In this document: piece by piece, positions 1 to 6,668 of the stretch
How positions within the stretch are numbered: the stretch's first letter is position 1
How the letters are laid out: every line of letters begins with the position of its first letter
IMG/VR virus record: IMGVR_UViG_3300020352_000627
Coordinates: 1 to 59,854 of that record
From: a virus
Lineage: Duplodnaviria; Caudoviricetes
Direction: 5' to 3' (one strand)
Length of the DNA stretch: 59,854 nt
Notes under the pieces: generated by a model
What the model saw: the letters and a program-made list of their open reading frames with translations, nothing else
What the model was told of the DNA's origin: nothing
Database searches by the model: none
Made by a program: the position numbers and the translations under genes

Positions 1-20
1 GGTATAACTTTAGTTGTCAA
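1..20 (-). promoter_or_regulatory. Truncated nested sigma70/sigma28-like promoter
   Basis: Minus strand reads TTGACA-A-CTAAAGTT-ATACC into the window edge, the same layout as the promoter at 1969-2006. Confidence 0.6.
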
Positions 21-60
21 TAGATAAAATTTAAAATATTTTCCGGCGGGCCGGGTCGTG

Positions 61-89
61 TGTAAGTTGTTTGCTAGGAAGGGTTTACG
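61..89. repeat. 11-7-11 quasi-palindrome, copy 1
   Basis: TGTAAGTTGTT-TGCTAGG-AAGGGTTTACG, preceded by GC patch CCGGCGGGCCGGG; right arm identical to copy 2. Confidence 0.7.
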
Positions 90-513
90 TCAACAATACA
101 TATCGTTTCTTATTACCTCCCATTGTTTCCAGCTTTGAGATTTTATGTCGAAAAAATAACGCTGCTTTCCCTTGTATATGTCTGCTGCTTAGATGGTGAT
201 TCATTTCCTCGAATGATATTTTATCTTTACCCTCTACCATCTGATTCCATATAACATCTTTCTGCTCTGATGTAACATACTTAGGATTCATAGGAGTAGC
301 AGTCATACTCTTCATTTTTTGTTCAATTTGTTTCTCTAGAAACTCTGGCGATAGGTCACTCATAATATCAGAGTACTGTTCTTTTATATCCTTTACTCTC
401 TGCTCATATCGTTGGTACTGCTCTATTATCAGTCGATTCTGTATTAGTACTTCTGCCATATCTCTGCACATATCATCTAATGCTGTCAATCTTGTTTCAA
501 AATCCATGATCAT
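85..513 (-). CDS. Hypothetical protein, coiled-coil N-terminus
   Basis: 142-aa ORF with ATGA overlap to the upstream gene. Confidence 0.75.
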   Translation of the reverse strand: MIMDFETRLTALDDMCRDMAEVLIQNRLIIEQYQRYEQRVKDIKEQYSDIMSDLSPEFLEKQIEQKMKSMTATPMNPKYVTSEQKDVIWNQMVEGKDKISFEEMNHHLSSRHIQGKAALFFRHKISKLETMGGNKKRYVLLT

Positions 514-806
514 TCTCCAAATGGTGATGTTTCTGTTTCTGTAAGTGTAGCATATCTTTCAGCCAATGCAACTATTCTTTCCTCACTTCCTGGCTTTCCT
601 ACAGGATTAATCATATTGTCCTTACTGCTAAGATACCTATCATTTACCTTAGCCTGTTCACTCCTTACAATTTCCCGCATAGCTTTCCTATTGAACTTAT
701 GAAGGTTTCCATTCTGCTCAATTCCTTCCCATATCTGTGTGCATTCATCCCAAGCCGCCGATAGGATAGGGTACTGTCTCATTAGCTGTTCTGTGTTACT
801 TGGCAT
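510..806 (-). CDS. Hypothetical protein with PGSEERIxxLxxRY motif
   Basis: Start moved to the ATG at 806 (MPSNTEQ), overlapping the upstream stop; C-terminal motif recalls small Planctomycete PGSxEKxxxLxxR proteins. Confidence 0.65.
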   Translation of the reverse strand: MPSNTEQLMRQYPILSAAWDECTQIWEGIEQNGNLHKFNRKAMREIVRSEQAKVNDRYLSSKDNMINPVGKPGSEERIVALAERYATLTETETSPFGE

Positions 807-1149
807 TATAGCTGTAATCTCCTGTGTCATAGTTTCTAATCTCTTGTAGTCTATCAGCAATTTCAAAATGGTCAAGCCATCCAAATACTTCTACCGCACC
901 ATGTCGCTTGTGTATAGGATGACTCTCTAATACTTTGTACGACATATTAGGATCGGTACCGTGTTTATGCTCTATAATCCAGACTTCAAAGTAGCCGCTA
1001 TTCCCGCCATAACTTTGATCATGATTTGACACAATAGCGCCAAGACCATTAGAGAAAAAATAACGCTTAACATAACGACCTTTCTCCTTCATATATTTGG
1101 AATCAAAATATGTTTCATTTAGTTTTAGTGGGTTTACTTTAGTTTTCAT
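796..1149 (-). CDS. Hypothetical phage protein
   Basis: 117-aa ORF with F-x-NG-x-GA and SYGG-x-x-G-x-FEV motifs typical of small phage early proteins. Confidence 0.75.
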   Translation of the reverse strand: MKTKVNPLKLNETYFDSKYMKEKGRYVKRYFFSNGLGAIVSNHDQSYGGNSGYFEVWIIEHKHGTDPNMSYKVLESHPIHKRHGAVEVFGWLDHFEIADRLQEIRNYDTGDYSYNAK

Positions 1150-1154
1150 TTGTT

Positions 1155-1352
1155 TTATTCCTCAATAATGATCTCGACTAGTTCTACATATCCCAACATT
1201 TTAATCTTGTTAGGAACATATTGCAAGGCTTCTAATTCGCTTCTTGCTGTTACCTTTCCGTGAGCCTGAGAGTCTCCTGTTTCGGCATTAGATGTCCATA
1301 CCCTCCATTCTTTTAATCCTGACTTGTGCCGTATTGGTGTTCCACTTCTCAT
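1155..1352 (-). CDS. Hypothetical protein (65 aa)
   Basis: AAGGAG Shine-Dalgarno before the ATG at 1352 (MRSGTP). Confidence 0.65.
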   Translation of the reverse strand: MRSGTPIRHKSGLKEWRVWTSNAETGDSQAHGKVTARSELEALQYVPNKIKMLGYVELVEIIIEE

Positions 1353-1362
1353 TTTTTTCTCC

Positions 1363-1926
1363 TTATTTGAGTGATAGTCTAACATTTTTCTTGTTTATGT
1401 CAAGCATAATTTCCCGACCAAATTCTTTACAGTGTCGATAGTTTTCAGGGAAAACAATAATTTTTCCGTTGATGGCATTTGATCCCCATAAGTCTACAAA
1501 CTTTTTAGCCTCTGCACCTCCTACCTTAATAACTGTTTTATCATAATCTACGAACACAAAAACAATCATATCAAATAATTCGGTTTTTATTGCATTGAAA
1601 GCATACTTCTTGCTTCTAGTTCCGTCTGCTCTTGCTGTTGTGTTGAGTCCAACCGTTGATGTTTTTACTTCTACACGTTTCCAGCTTTGCCCTATTTTTA
1701 CCTTTAGGTCACAAGAATCAACGCCGCTTAGTAATTTTACCTTGAATCCTAAATCCTCTAATTGTTCCATCACAACGTATTCGCCCATACGTCCAATAGC
1801 TTTAGAATCTCCGGCTTCAACAATTTGCCTTGATGCCTCGTCTGTGTATGCTTGTGTTTTGATCTTGTCATTTTTGTATCGTGCTACTGCTCGGTTACAA
1901 ACTTCTGCTTTTACTTTAGTCGCCAT
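1363..1926 (-). CDS. PD-(D/E)XK endonuclease
   Basis: GxxGE helix, then CDL and VEVKTS catalytic motif. Confidence 0.75.
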   Translation of the reverse strand: MATKVKAEVCNRAVARYKNDKIKTQAYTDEASRQIVEAGDSKAIGRMGEYVVMEQLEDLGFKVKLLSGVDSCDLKVKIGQSWKRVEVKTSTVGLNTTARADGTRSKKYAFNAIKTELFDMIVFVFVDYDKTVIKVGGAEAKKFVDLWGSNAINGKIIVFPENYRHCKEFGREIMLDINKKNVRLSLK

Positions 1927-1968
1927 TGTTTTATTCCTGTTTAGTGTGTGTGAAATCGTCTGGTAATT

Positions 1969-2006
1969 ATATCGGTAATTTTATACTGTGAACTTTAGCT
2001 TGTCAA
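1969..2006 (-). promoter_or_regulatory. Nested sigma70 + sigma28-like promoter
   Basis: TTGACA-N17-TAAAAT (2006-1978) overlapping TAAA-N17-ACCGATAT (1997-1969). Confidence 0.7.
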
Positions 2007-2013
2007 GAGTTAT

Positions 2014-2127
2014 TTATTCTGAAACCTCCTCTTTGATAACTTCGCAATGCTCACCGCAAGCAGTGCAAATATCTTCAAGAACAACATCGGAACCACAGCA
2101 ATCTGAAGTGATAATTAAGTTTAACAT
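2014..2127 (-). CDS. 37-aa Cys-rich putative Zn-binding miniprotein (not in ORF track)
   Basis: MLNLIITSDCCGSDVVLEDICTACGEHCEVIKEEVSE; paralog of 2894-3079 with a similar leader. Confidence 0.75.
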   Translation of the reverse strand: MLNLIITSDCCGSDVVLEDICTACGEHCEVIKEEVSE

Positions 2128-2166
2128 TTTCTTTTCTTTCTATTATTGTTTACTTGTTATATCCTA

Positions 2167-2207
2167 AGTATATATATAGTATCGGAATTTGTCAAGCACT
2201 AATTTAG
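2167..2207 (-). promoter_or_regulatory. Nested sigma70 + sigma28-like promoter with upstream A-tracts
   Basis: TTGACA-N17-TATACT (2195-2167) interleaved with CTAAA-N16-TCCGATAC (2207-2179). Confidence 0.8.
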
Positions 2208-2231
2208 AAATATTTTTATTTTTTTTCTGTG

Positions 2232-2247
2232 TGCAAATATCATGCCA
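2232..2247 (-). promoter_or_regulatory. sigma54-type -24/-12 site
   Basis: TGGCATGATATTTGCA, GG-N10-GC spacing. Confidence 0.65.
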
Positions 2248-2263
2248 TAAATTTTTTTTCTTT

Positions 2264-2279
2264 TGGCACAGCATTTGCT
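2264..2279 (+). promoter_or_regulatory. sigma54-type -24/-12 site
   Basis: TGGCACAGCATTTGCT, GG-N10-GC spacing. Confidence 0.65.
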
Positions 2280-2324
2280 ACTGTTAAGATAGGTAACATA
2301 GGTAACCCGGCCCGGCGGATTGCT

Positions 2325-2353
2325 CCTAAGTCCTTTACTGGTAAGGGTTTACG
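2325..2353. repeat. 11-7-11 quasi-palindrome, copy 2
   Basis: CCTAAGTCCTT-TACTGGT-AAGGGTTTACG, preceded by GC patch CCGGCCCGGCGG. Confidence 0.7.
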
Positions 2354-2601
2354 CTTACTTTATTGCCCCATCGTTTCATCGCATCTACTGTACATGCGTG
2401 AAGGTTATTGTCAAATTTAAATATACCTCCTACCGTTTCAATACTCTCTGTTGCCCAACCCTTACCATCATTCATGTCTTCTCTGTAATAACACATCTCC
2501 TTTCCTTTATAAGTATACATATCTACAACTTTCCTACGCCATCCATGCCCCTTCTTTCTTTCCCATACACTTCCGGTTTCTACTGTAATTATTTTTCTCA
2601 T
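2335..2601 (-). CDS. Hypothetical protein
   Basis: 88-aa ORF with ATGA coupling to the upstream peptide gene. Confidence 0.7.
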   Translation of the reverse strand: MRKIITVETGSVWERKKGHGWRRKVVDMYTYKGKEMCYYREDMNDGKGWATESIETVGGIFKFDNNLHACTVDAMKRWGNKVSVNPYQ

Positions 2602-2681
2602 TTGTATTCCCTAAAAACAAAATTACCAAATAGACAAGCAAACATTATTACGTACATCATACCCAATAACCATTCCGGCAT
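2598..2681 (-). CDS. 27-aa single-TM peptide (not in ORF track)
   Basis: MPEWLLGMMYVIMFACLFGNFVFREYK; GAGGAGG SD, TGATG overlap upstream, ATGA overlap downstream. Confidence 0.65.
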   Translation of the reverse strand: MPEWLLGMMYVIMFACLFGNFVFREYK

Positions 2682-2839
2682 CAGCATACCTCCTCAACAT
2701 CTGAATAAATTTCATCAAACAAATCTACTCCGGTTACTTCGCACCAATCAAGCGGATGGGCGTTGATATCGTCGCAAGGTTCTACCACACCTTCATTTTC
2801 TAGGGCGGCAATTAACAGCTGAGTATTTATATCTAGCAT
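2681..2839 (-). CDS. 52-aa acidic hypothetical protein (not in ORF track)
   Basis: MLDINTQLLIAALENEGVVEPCDDINAHPLDWCEVTGVDLFDEIYSDVEEVC; GGAG SD. Confidence 0.65.
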   Translation of the reverse strand: MLDINTQLLIAALENEGVVEPCDDINAHPLDWCEVTGVDLFDEIYSDVEEVC

Positions 2840-2893
2840 CTCAATTTCTCCGTGGTAAGTGTATCAAAAGTGTACCAAATTTTATTATCCACA

Positions 2894-3079
2894 TCAACTG
2901 CAAAAATAATCTAATCCCTGAGCAGCGTGAACAGCTTCGGAACAATCGTAGTCGATACGATCTTCGATTACTTCACAATGTTCTAAACATTCTGGGCAGA
3001 TGTCCTGATCTGAATGGCAAGGGTATCCGCAGCAATCGGTGGAATAAGTTATTTCGAAATTTTTTGAAGTGTTTAACAT
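2894..3079 (-). CDS. Cys-rich putative Zn-binding miniprotein
   Basis: DCCG...DICPECLEHCEVI; paralog of 2014-2127. Confidence 0.75.
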   Translation of the reverse strand: MLNTSKNFEITYSTDCCGYPCHSDQDICPECLEHCEVIEDRIDYDCSEAVHAAQGLDYFCS

Positions 3080-3117
3080 TTTTAATTCTTTCTAATTTGT
3101 TTACTTGTTATATTTCA

Positions 3118-3157
3118 AGTATATATACTTATTCGGAAAAGTCAAGGGGTAATCTTA
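3118..3157 (-). promoter_or_regulatory. Nested sigma70 + degenerate sigma28-like promoter
   Basis: TTGACT-N16-TATACT (3145-3118) with TAAG-N16-TCCGAATA; leader ATATAACAAGTAAACAA shared with the 2167 promoter. Confidence 0.7.
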
Positions 3158-3165
3158 AAAAATTT

Positions 3166-3321
3166 TTATTTTTTTTCGTAGATTGTATCGAGATAAATTT
3201 CGCTATCTGTTACAACCCACCCATATTCACACGTGCTAGTATATGTACCTATGTACAGTTTACCATTGTCGTATCCTTCGTATCCTACAAACATACTTAA
3301 TAGTGTGGCGATTGTCAACAT
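3166..3321 (-). CDS. 51-aa hypothetical protein (not in ORF track)
   Basis: MLTIATLLSMFVGYEGYDNGKLYIGTYTSTCEYGWVVTDSEIYLDTIYEKK; GGAG SD. Confidence 0.65.
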   Translation of the reverse strand: MLTIATLLSMFVGYEGYDNGKLYIGTYTSTCEYGWVVTDSEIYLDTIYEKK

Positions 3322-3356
3322 TGTATTTCTCCGTGTGTTATTGTTACCTATATATA

Positions 3357-3384
3357 ATATCGGCTTGTCCAGGCGGAAACTTTA
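3357..3384 (-). promoter_or_regulatory. sigma28 (FliA/SigD)-like promoter
   Basis: TAAAGTTT-N12-GCCGATAT, near consensus. Confidence 0.75.
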
Positions 3385-3445
3385 CAACAAAATAGATTTT
3401 TTCTCGTATACCCCTCAAAAGAACTAGCCGGGGGGTTGGAAAACA

Positions 3446-3474
3446 TGTAAGTACTGTCCTATCAAGCACTTATG
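3446..3474. repeat. 11-7-11 quasi-palindrome, copy 3
   Basis: TGTAAGTACTG-TCCTATC-AAGCACTTATG, preceded by GCCGGGGGG. Confidence 0.55.
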
Positions 3475-3605
3475 GTAGGGGGGTTTTTATAAACGCAAGA
3501 TAAACAGGGTATTGGTATGAAAAATCGCGGGGTGGTACATACACAATAGGCGCCACCATATATAATTGGCCAGTTTATTAGCCAGTTACTATTTATGTTT
3601 TATTT

Positions 3606-3632
3606 TCATCGACGACATACCGAGATGCTTTA
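3606..3632 (-). promoter_or_regulatory. Possible sigma28-like promoter
   Basis: TAAA-N15-GTCGATGA. Confidence 0.4.
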
Positions 3633-3650
3633 ATTCTATTGATTTTATTC

Positions 3651-3656
3651 GGTGTA
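3651..3656 (+). promoter_or_regulatory. RGTGTA late-promoter-like motif
   Basis: GGTGTA plus AT-rich tract about 50 nt before the ATG at 3703; recurs before seven other rightward operons. Confidence 0.6.
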
Positions 3657-3702
3657 TTTACTTTTGTAACTAGATTTTATTAACAATTATAAGAAACAAA
3701 CA

Positions 3703-4545
3703 ATGGCAGATACAAGCAACGCATATTCCTCAGAAGGCTTTAATAGACAGAAGCAGTTTTCTGGTTTAGATGCTAGAAAACCTGAAAATCTAGAGATATA
3801 TTATGACACTAATGATTACTATACAGATCCTCAGTACGTTAGTATTCTTAGAACTTTTGTTGACACAGTAGGATTCAATTATCCCAAAGAAAGTTCTGTG
3901 GTTTTTCCAGCGCCTGAGCATGCAGAAGGACTTAGAGCTTCTGGAGTACCTGTTTTTCAAATCTACGACAACTCTATTAGCATCGATAACGCAGGATCGT
4001 CTTACGAAATATATGATTCATTTAATATATTATCGGATAATCAAGAAATAGGATACGTTGTTGTTAGTGAAACAGGCGTAGGCGGATCTATTTCAGGCCT
4101 AGGAGCAAGTAGCTCTCAAGTATATGCTTCGTCTCTTAATAATCTTTCTATTGTCTCGAACACAGACAATCAGTCTGCACAACTATCTGTCAACAACAAT
4201 TTTTCTATAACAGCAATTACTATGACATCTCCAGGCTTGGGATACCAAACAGTAAGTAGTACCACAGCAACTCCCATATCTCATAATGTTGTTTTATATC
4301 CTTTTGCTGCCACAGAACACACTAGTCAAAACACTACTGATTTTTTAGATTATTTTGATAATTTACTTGACAATAATATTGATCATACTGCTGCTGTTAT
4401 TAGAGAAAGCAAAGATCCGTTCATACAATATACCGAAATAGATCTTTCAGATTCTATAAGAGAGTGTGTACTCAATGATATTAATAAAGTAAACCATTTA
4501 GGATTACACGATTACACAATTGTTCAAAACTTTTCCCTTGGTTAA
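3703..4545 (+). CDS. Hypothetical, possibly virion-associated protein
   Basis: 280 aa; I-x-I-xx-x-G-x-x-Y beta repeats (ISIDNAGSSY, ITMTSPGLGY) as in phage structural proteins. Confidence 0.65.
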   Translation: MADTSNAYSSEGFNRQKQFSGLDARKPENLEIYYDTNDYYTDPQYVSILRTFVDTVGFNYPKESSVVFPAPEHAEGLRASGVPVFQIYDNSISIDNAGSSYEIYDSFNILSDNQEIGYVVVSETGVGGSISGLGASSSQVYASSLNNLSIVSNTDNQSAQLSVNNNFSITAITMTSPGLGYQTVSSTTATPISHNVVLYPFAATEHTSQNTTDFLDYFDNLLDNNIDHTAAVIRESKDPFIQYTEIDLSDSIRECVLNDINKVNHLGLHDYTIVQNFSLG

Positions 4546-4563
4546 CAATCACAGGAGCTAGCA

Positions 4564-5865
4564 ATGCCCCAACAACCACCATCAGTAAAAGGCCCATTTT
4601 TTCCCACATTCCCTCCTCCCGACACAACCAATACTGGCAATCCTTCTTCAGGAGGTCTTGCCCATCTTTTTTGTTCTTGGACTGAAGAAGTCGAAGTCTG
4701 CGAAACAGGAGTAGCCCAATGTGCTGGAACTTGGTCAGCTGCTAGTAGCGCCGGAGGATCAAGCGGCGGCTCACTAAGTAATGGTTCTTGTGACATTAAT
4801 GTATCTTTTGATTTAGCTTGTGATACTCCTCAAGCTATTAATGTAACAGCTAATTGTTCAGATGGCACAACCGTTGTATTAGATGAATACTATTGGCCAG
4901 GAAAACCAACTAATAGTAGTGAAGGCCAATATTATGTAGTTTGTCAATGTGACACCTCCGAATGCTCGGAAGAAGGAGGACTAGGATCAGATTACTGTGA
5001 TCAATTTGAGAGTGGTCCTTATGCTACTGAGGCTGAAGCCATCGCAGCTGTGCCATCCTATGATGGAACGTGCAGTTGTACAGCCACAACAACACCATGT
5101 AGTGACACAGCATATAACAAGACGTTCACAAATGTATGTGAAACAGCTCCTCCTGTAAATTGCAGAATGGTAGAGATACCAGGTAGTTGGTCAGACATGA
5201 TACCTCTGACTGCTTCATGTGGGTGGACTGTTCTTGCTGGAGCATCTGAGGTAGACAAAAATATATTTTTTGCGAAAGTAGCACAACACCTCATAAACAA
5301 TAACCCAGGTTTAGTGCAAATTATACGAATACACTTGAAGGTAGGCTTATCTGCGAGTGACACTAGTGCTGTCATGCAATTCTTAAAGTTGATGAAAACA
5401 ACAAGTGGATCGAAGTGTCTTTTGCAACCACCACCAAATTTCTCCGATAGTTCTGTTCTTAGAGCCATATCAGATGCTGTTGCTAAACATCTAAATCAAA
5501 TGGGAAAAGGAGCCCCAAAACCACCAACTGGAGGCGGCATAAATTTTGGTCTTCCTGTGATGATCATCATGCCAACACTAGATATGTTACACGAAAAACT
5601 TAACGAACAAATGAATCAATTTAATAGTTTCGACGACGTTAAGTGCGCTATGAATGTAAATCCTGGAGGAGGCGGTATAGGAACAACTGTCGGACCAGGT
5701 AATCCAGGTTTATCTTTACCTTTAAATAGTGTTGTTAAATCTTCATCTTCTGGATCAAGTTTAAATCAATCAACAAAAAACAACATTTTACTACATATAA
5801 ATAACGGATTCCCAGCACTAAATGGAAGACTATCACTCAAGACACCCAAAGCAGAATATCTATGA
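4564..5865 (+). CDS. Cys/Ser/Gly-rich hypothetical protein
   Basis: 433-aa ORF with many Cys in the N-terminal half. Confidence 0.7.
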   Translation: MPQQPPSVKGPFFPTFPPPDTTNTGNPSSGGLAHLFCSWTEEVEVCETGVAQCAGTWSAASSAGGSSGGSLSNGSCDINVSFDLACDTPQAINVTANCSDGTTVVLDEYYWPGKPTNSSEGQYYVVCQCDTSECSEEGGLGSDYCDQFESGPYATEAEAIAAVPSYDGTCSCTATTTPCSDTAYNKTFTNVCETAPPVNCRMVEIPGSWSDMIPLTASCGWTVLAGASEVDKNIFFAKVAQHLINNNPGLVQIIRIHLKVGLSASDTSAVMQFLKLMKTTSGSKCLLQPPPNFSDSSVLRAISDAVAKHLNQMGKGAPKPPTGGGINFGLPVMIIMPTLDMLHEKLNEQMNQFNSFDDVKCAMNVNPGGGGIGTTVGPGNPGLSLPLNSVVKSSSSGSSLNQSTKNNILLHINNGFPALNGRLSLKTPKAEYL

Positions 5866-6230
5866 ATAACTCTTACTATATAAAAATAAACCATAGCATT
5901 CAATATACGGCTAGAAAATCTACGCAAACAATATCAGTAAATTCTACAGCCCCACATAGAACCTTCCAACAAAATAATACCATGGTTATGGGTCCCAAAC
6001 AAATTATTACTCCTGTTGATATCGAAGAATACATAAGAAATTCTAGAAGAATAGTACCTAATAGTATAGATGAAGCAGTAAAAGGAGCTAGACCTGGAGT
6101 ACACTACTTATTACAAAAATCTTTTTATCCTGAACCTACGCCTACTTCCCAAAATACCAGACAAGGAATAGTAGTCACAGATAATAATATAAACTTTCAG
6201 CCTGGACAAAAAGGACTATTATCTTCATAG
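5862..6230 (+). CDS. Hypothetical protein
   Basis: 122-aa ORF with ATGA overlap. Confidence 0.65.
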   Translation: MNNSYYIKINHSIQYTARKSTQTISVNSTAPHRTFQQNNTMVMGPKQIITPVDIEEYIRNSRRIVPNSIDEAVKGARPGVHYLLQKSFYPEPTPTSQNTRQGIVVTDNNINFQPGQKGLLSS

Positions 6231-6242
6231 GTCTTATATGAT

Positions 6243-6668
6243 CTATGATTGATACATATGCGCCCCATGATGCTCGAACCCTAAGGAGCTATAAAAAGGA
6301 ATCAAGTATTCTTCGCAGTTAAGCTTTACCTTGTAGCAGTTATTATCTTTCGCGCCCTTAATACAATGTTCTACAATTTGCTTTCCGTAGCCTTTGCCTC
6401 TGTCTTCTAATCTTGTAGCAACATCTTCTATATGACAGCACATCTTATTATATCTTAATTTAACTTCCAATACTATTGTAGCTGTAGCTACTACACGATC
6501 TTCTTCTATTCCTAAATACGTAATTATATTTCTTCTACGCGCTACAGCATCTCTTACAGCTTCAACATTCTGCACAACACAATCTGAATTATTTAAAACG
6601 CTAATACATTCCATGTATCCTTTTATATAATTTTCATCTGTGTCTTTGTTAAGTATAATTATATTCAT
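6243..6668 (-). CDS. Glucosamine-6-phosphate N-acetyltransferase (GNA1-type GNAT)
   Basis: HIEDV, RGKGYG acetyl-CoA loop, CYKxxLxC and FYxxxGF motifs; coupled to glmS. Confidence 0.8.
   Translation of the reverse strand: MNIIILNKDTDENYIKGYMECISVLNNSDCVVQNVEAVRDAVARRRNIITYLGIEEDRVVATATIVLEVKLRYNKMCCHIEDVATRLEDRGKGYGKQIVEHCIKGAKDNNCYKVKLNCEEYLIPFYSSLGFEHHGAHMYQS

Noticed and set aside
1595-3427. Plus-strand ORFs 1595-1966, 2229-2420, 2320-2766, 3064-3300, 3233-3427
   Set aside because: Antisense to better-supported leftward genes and promoters
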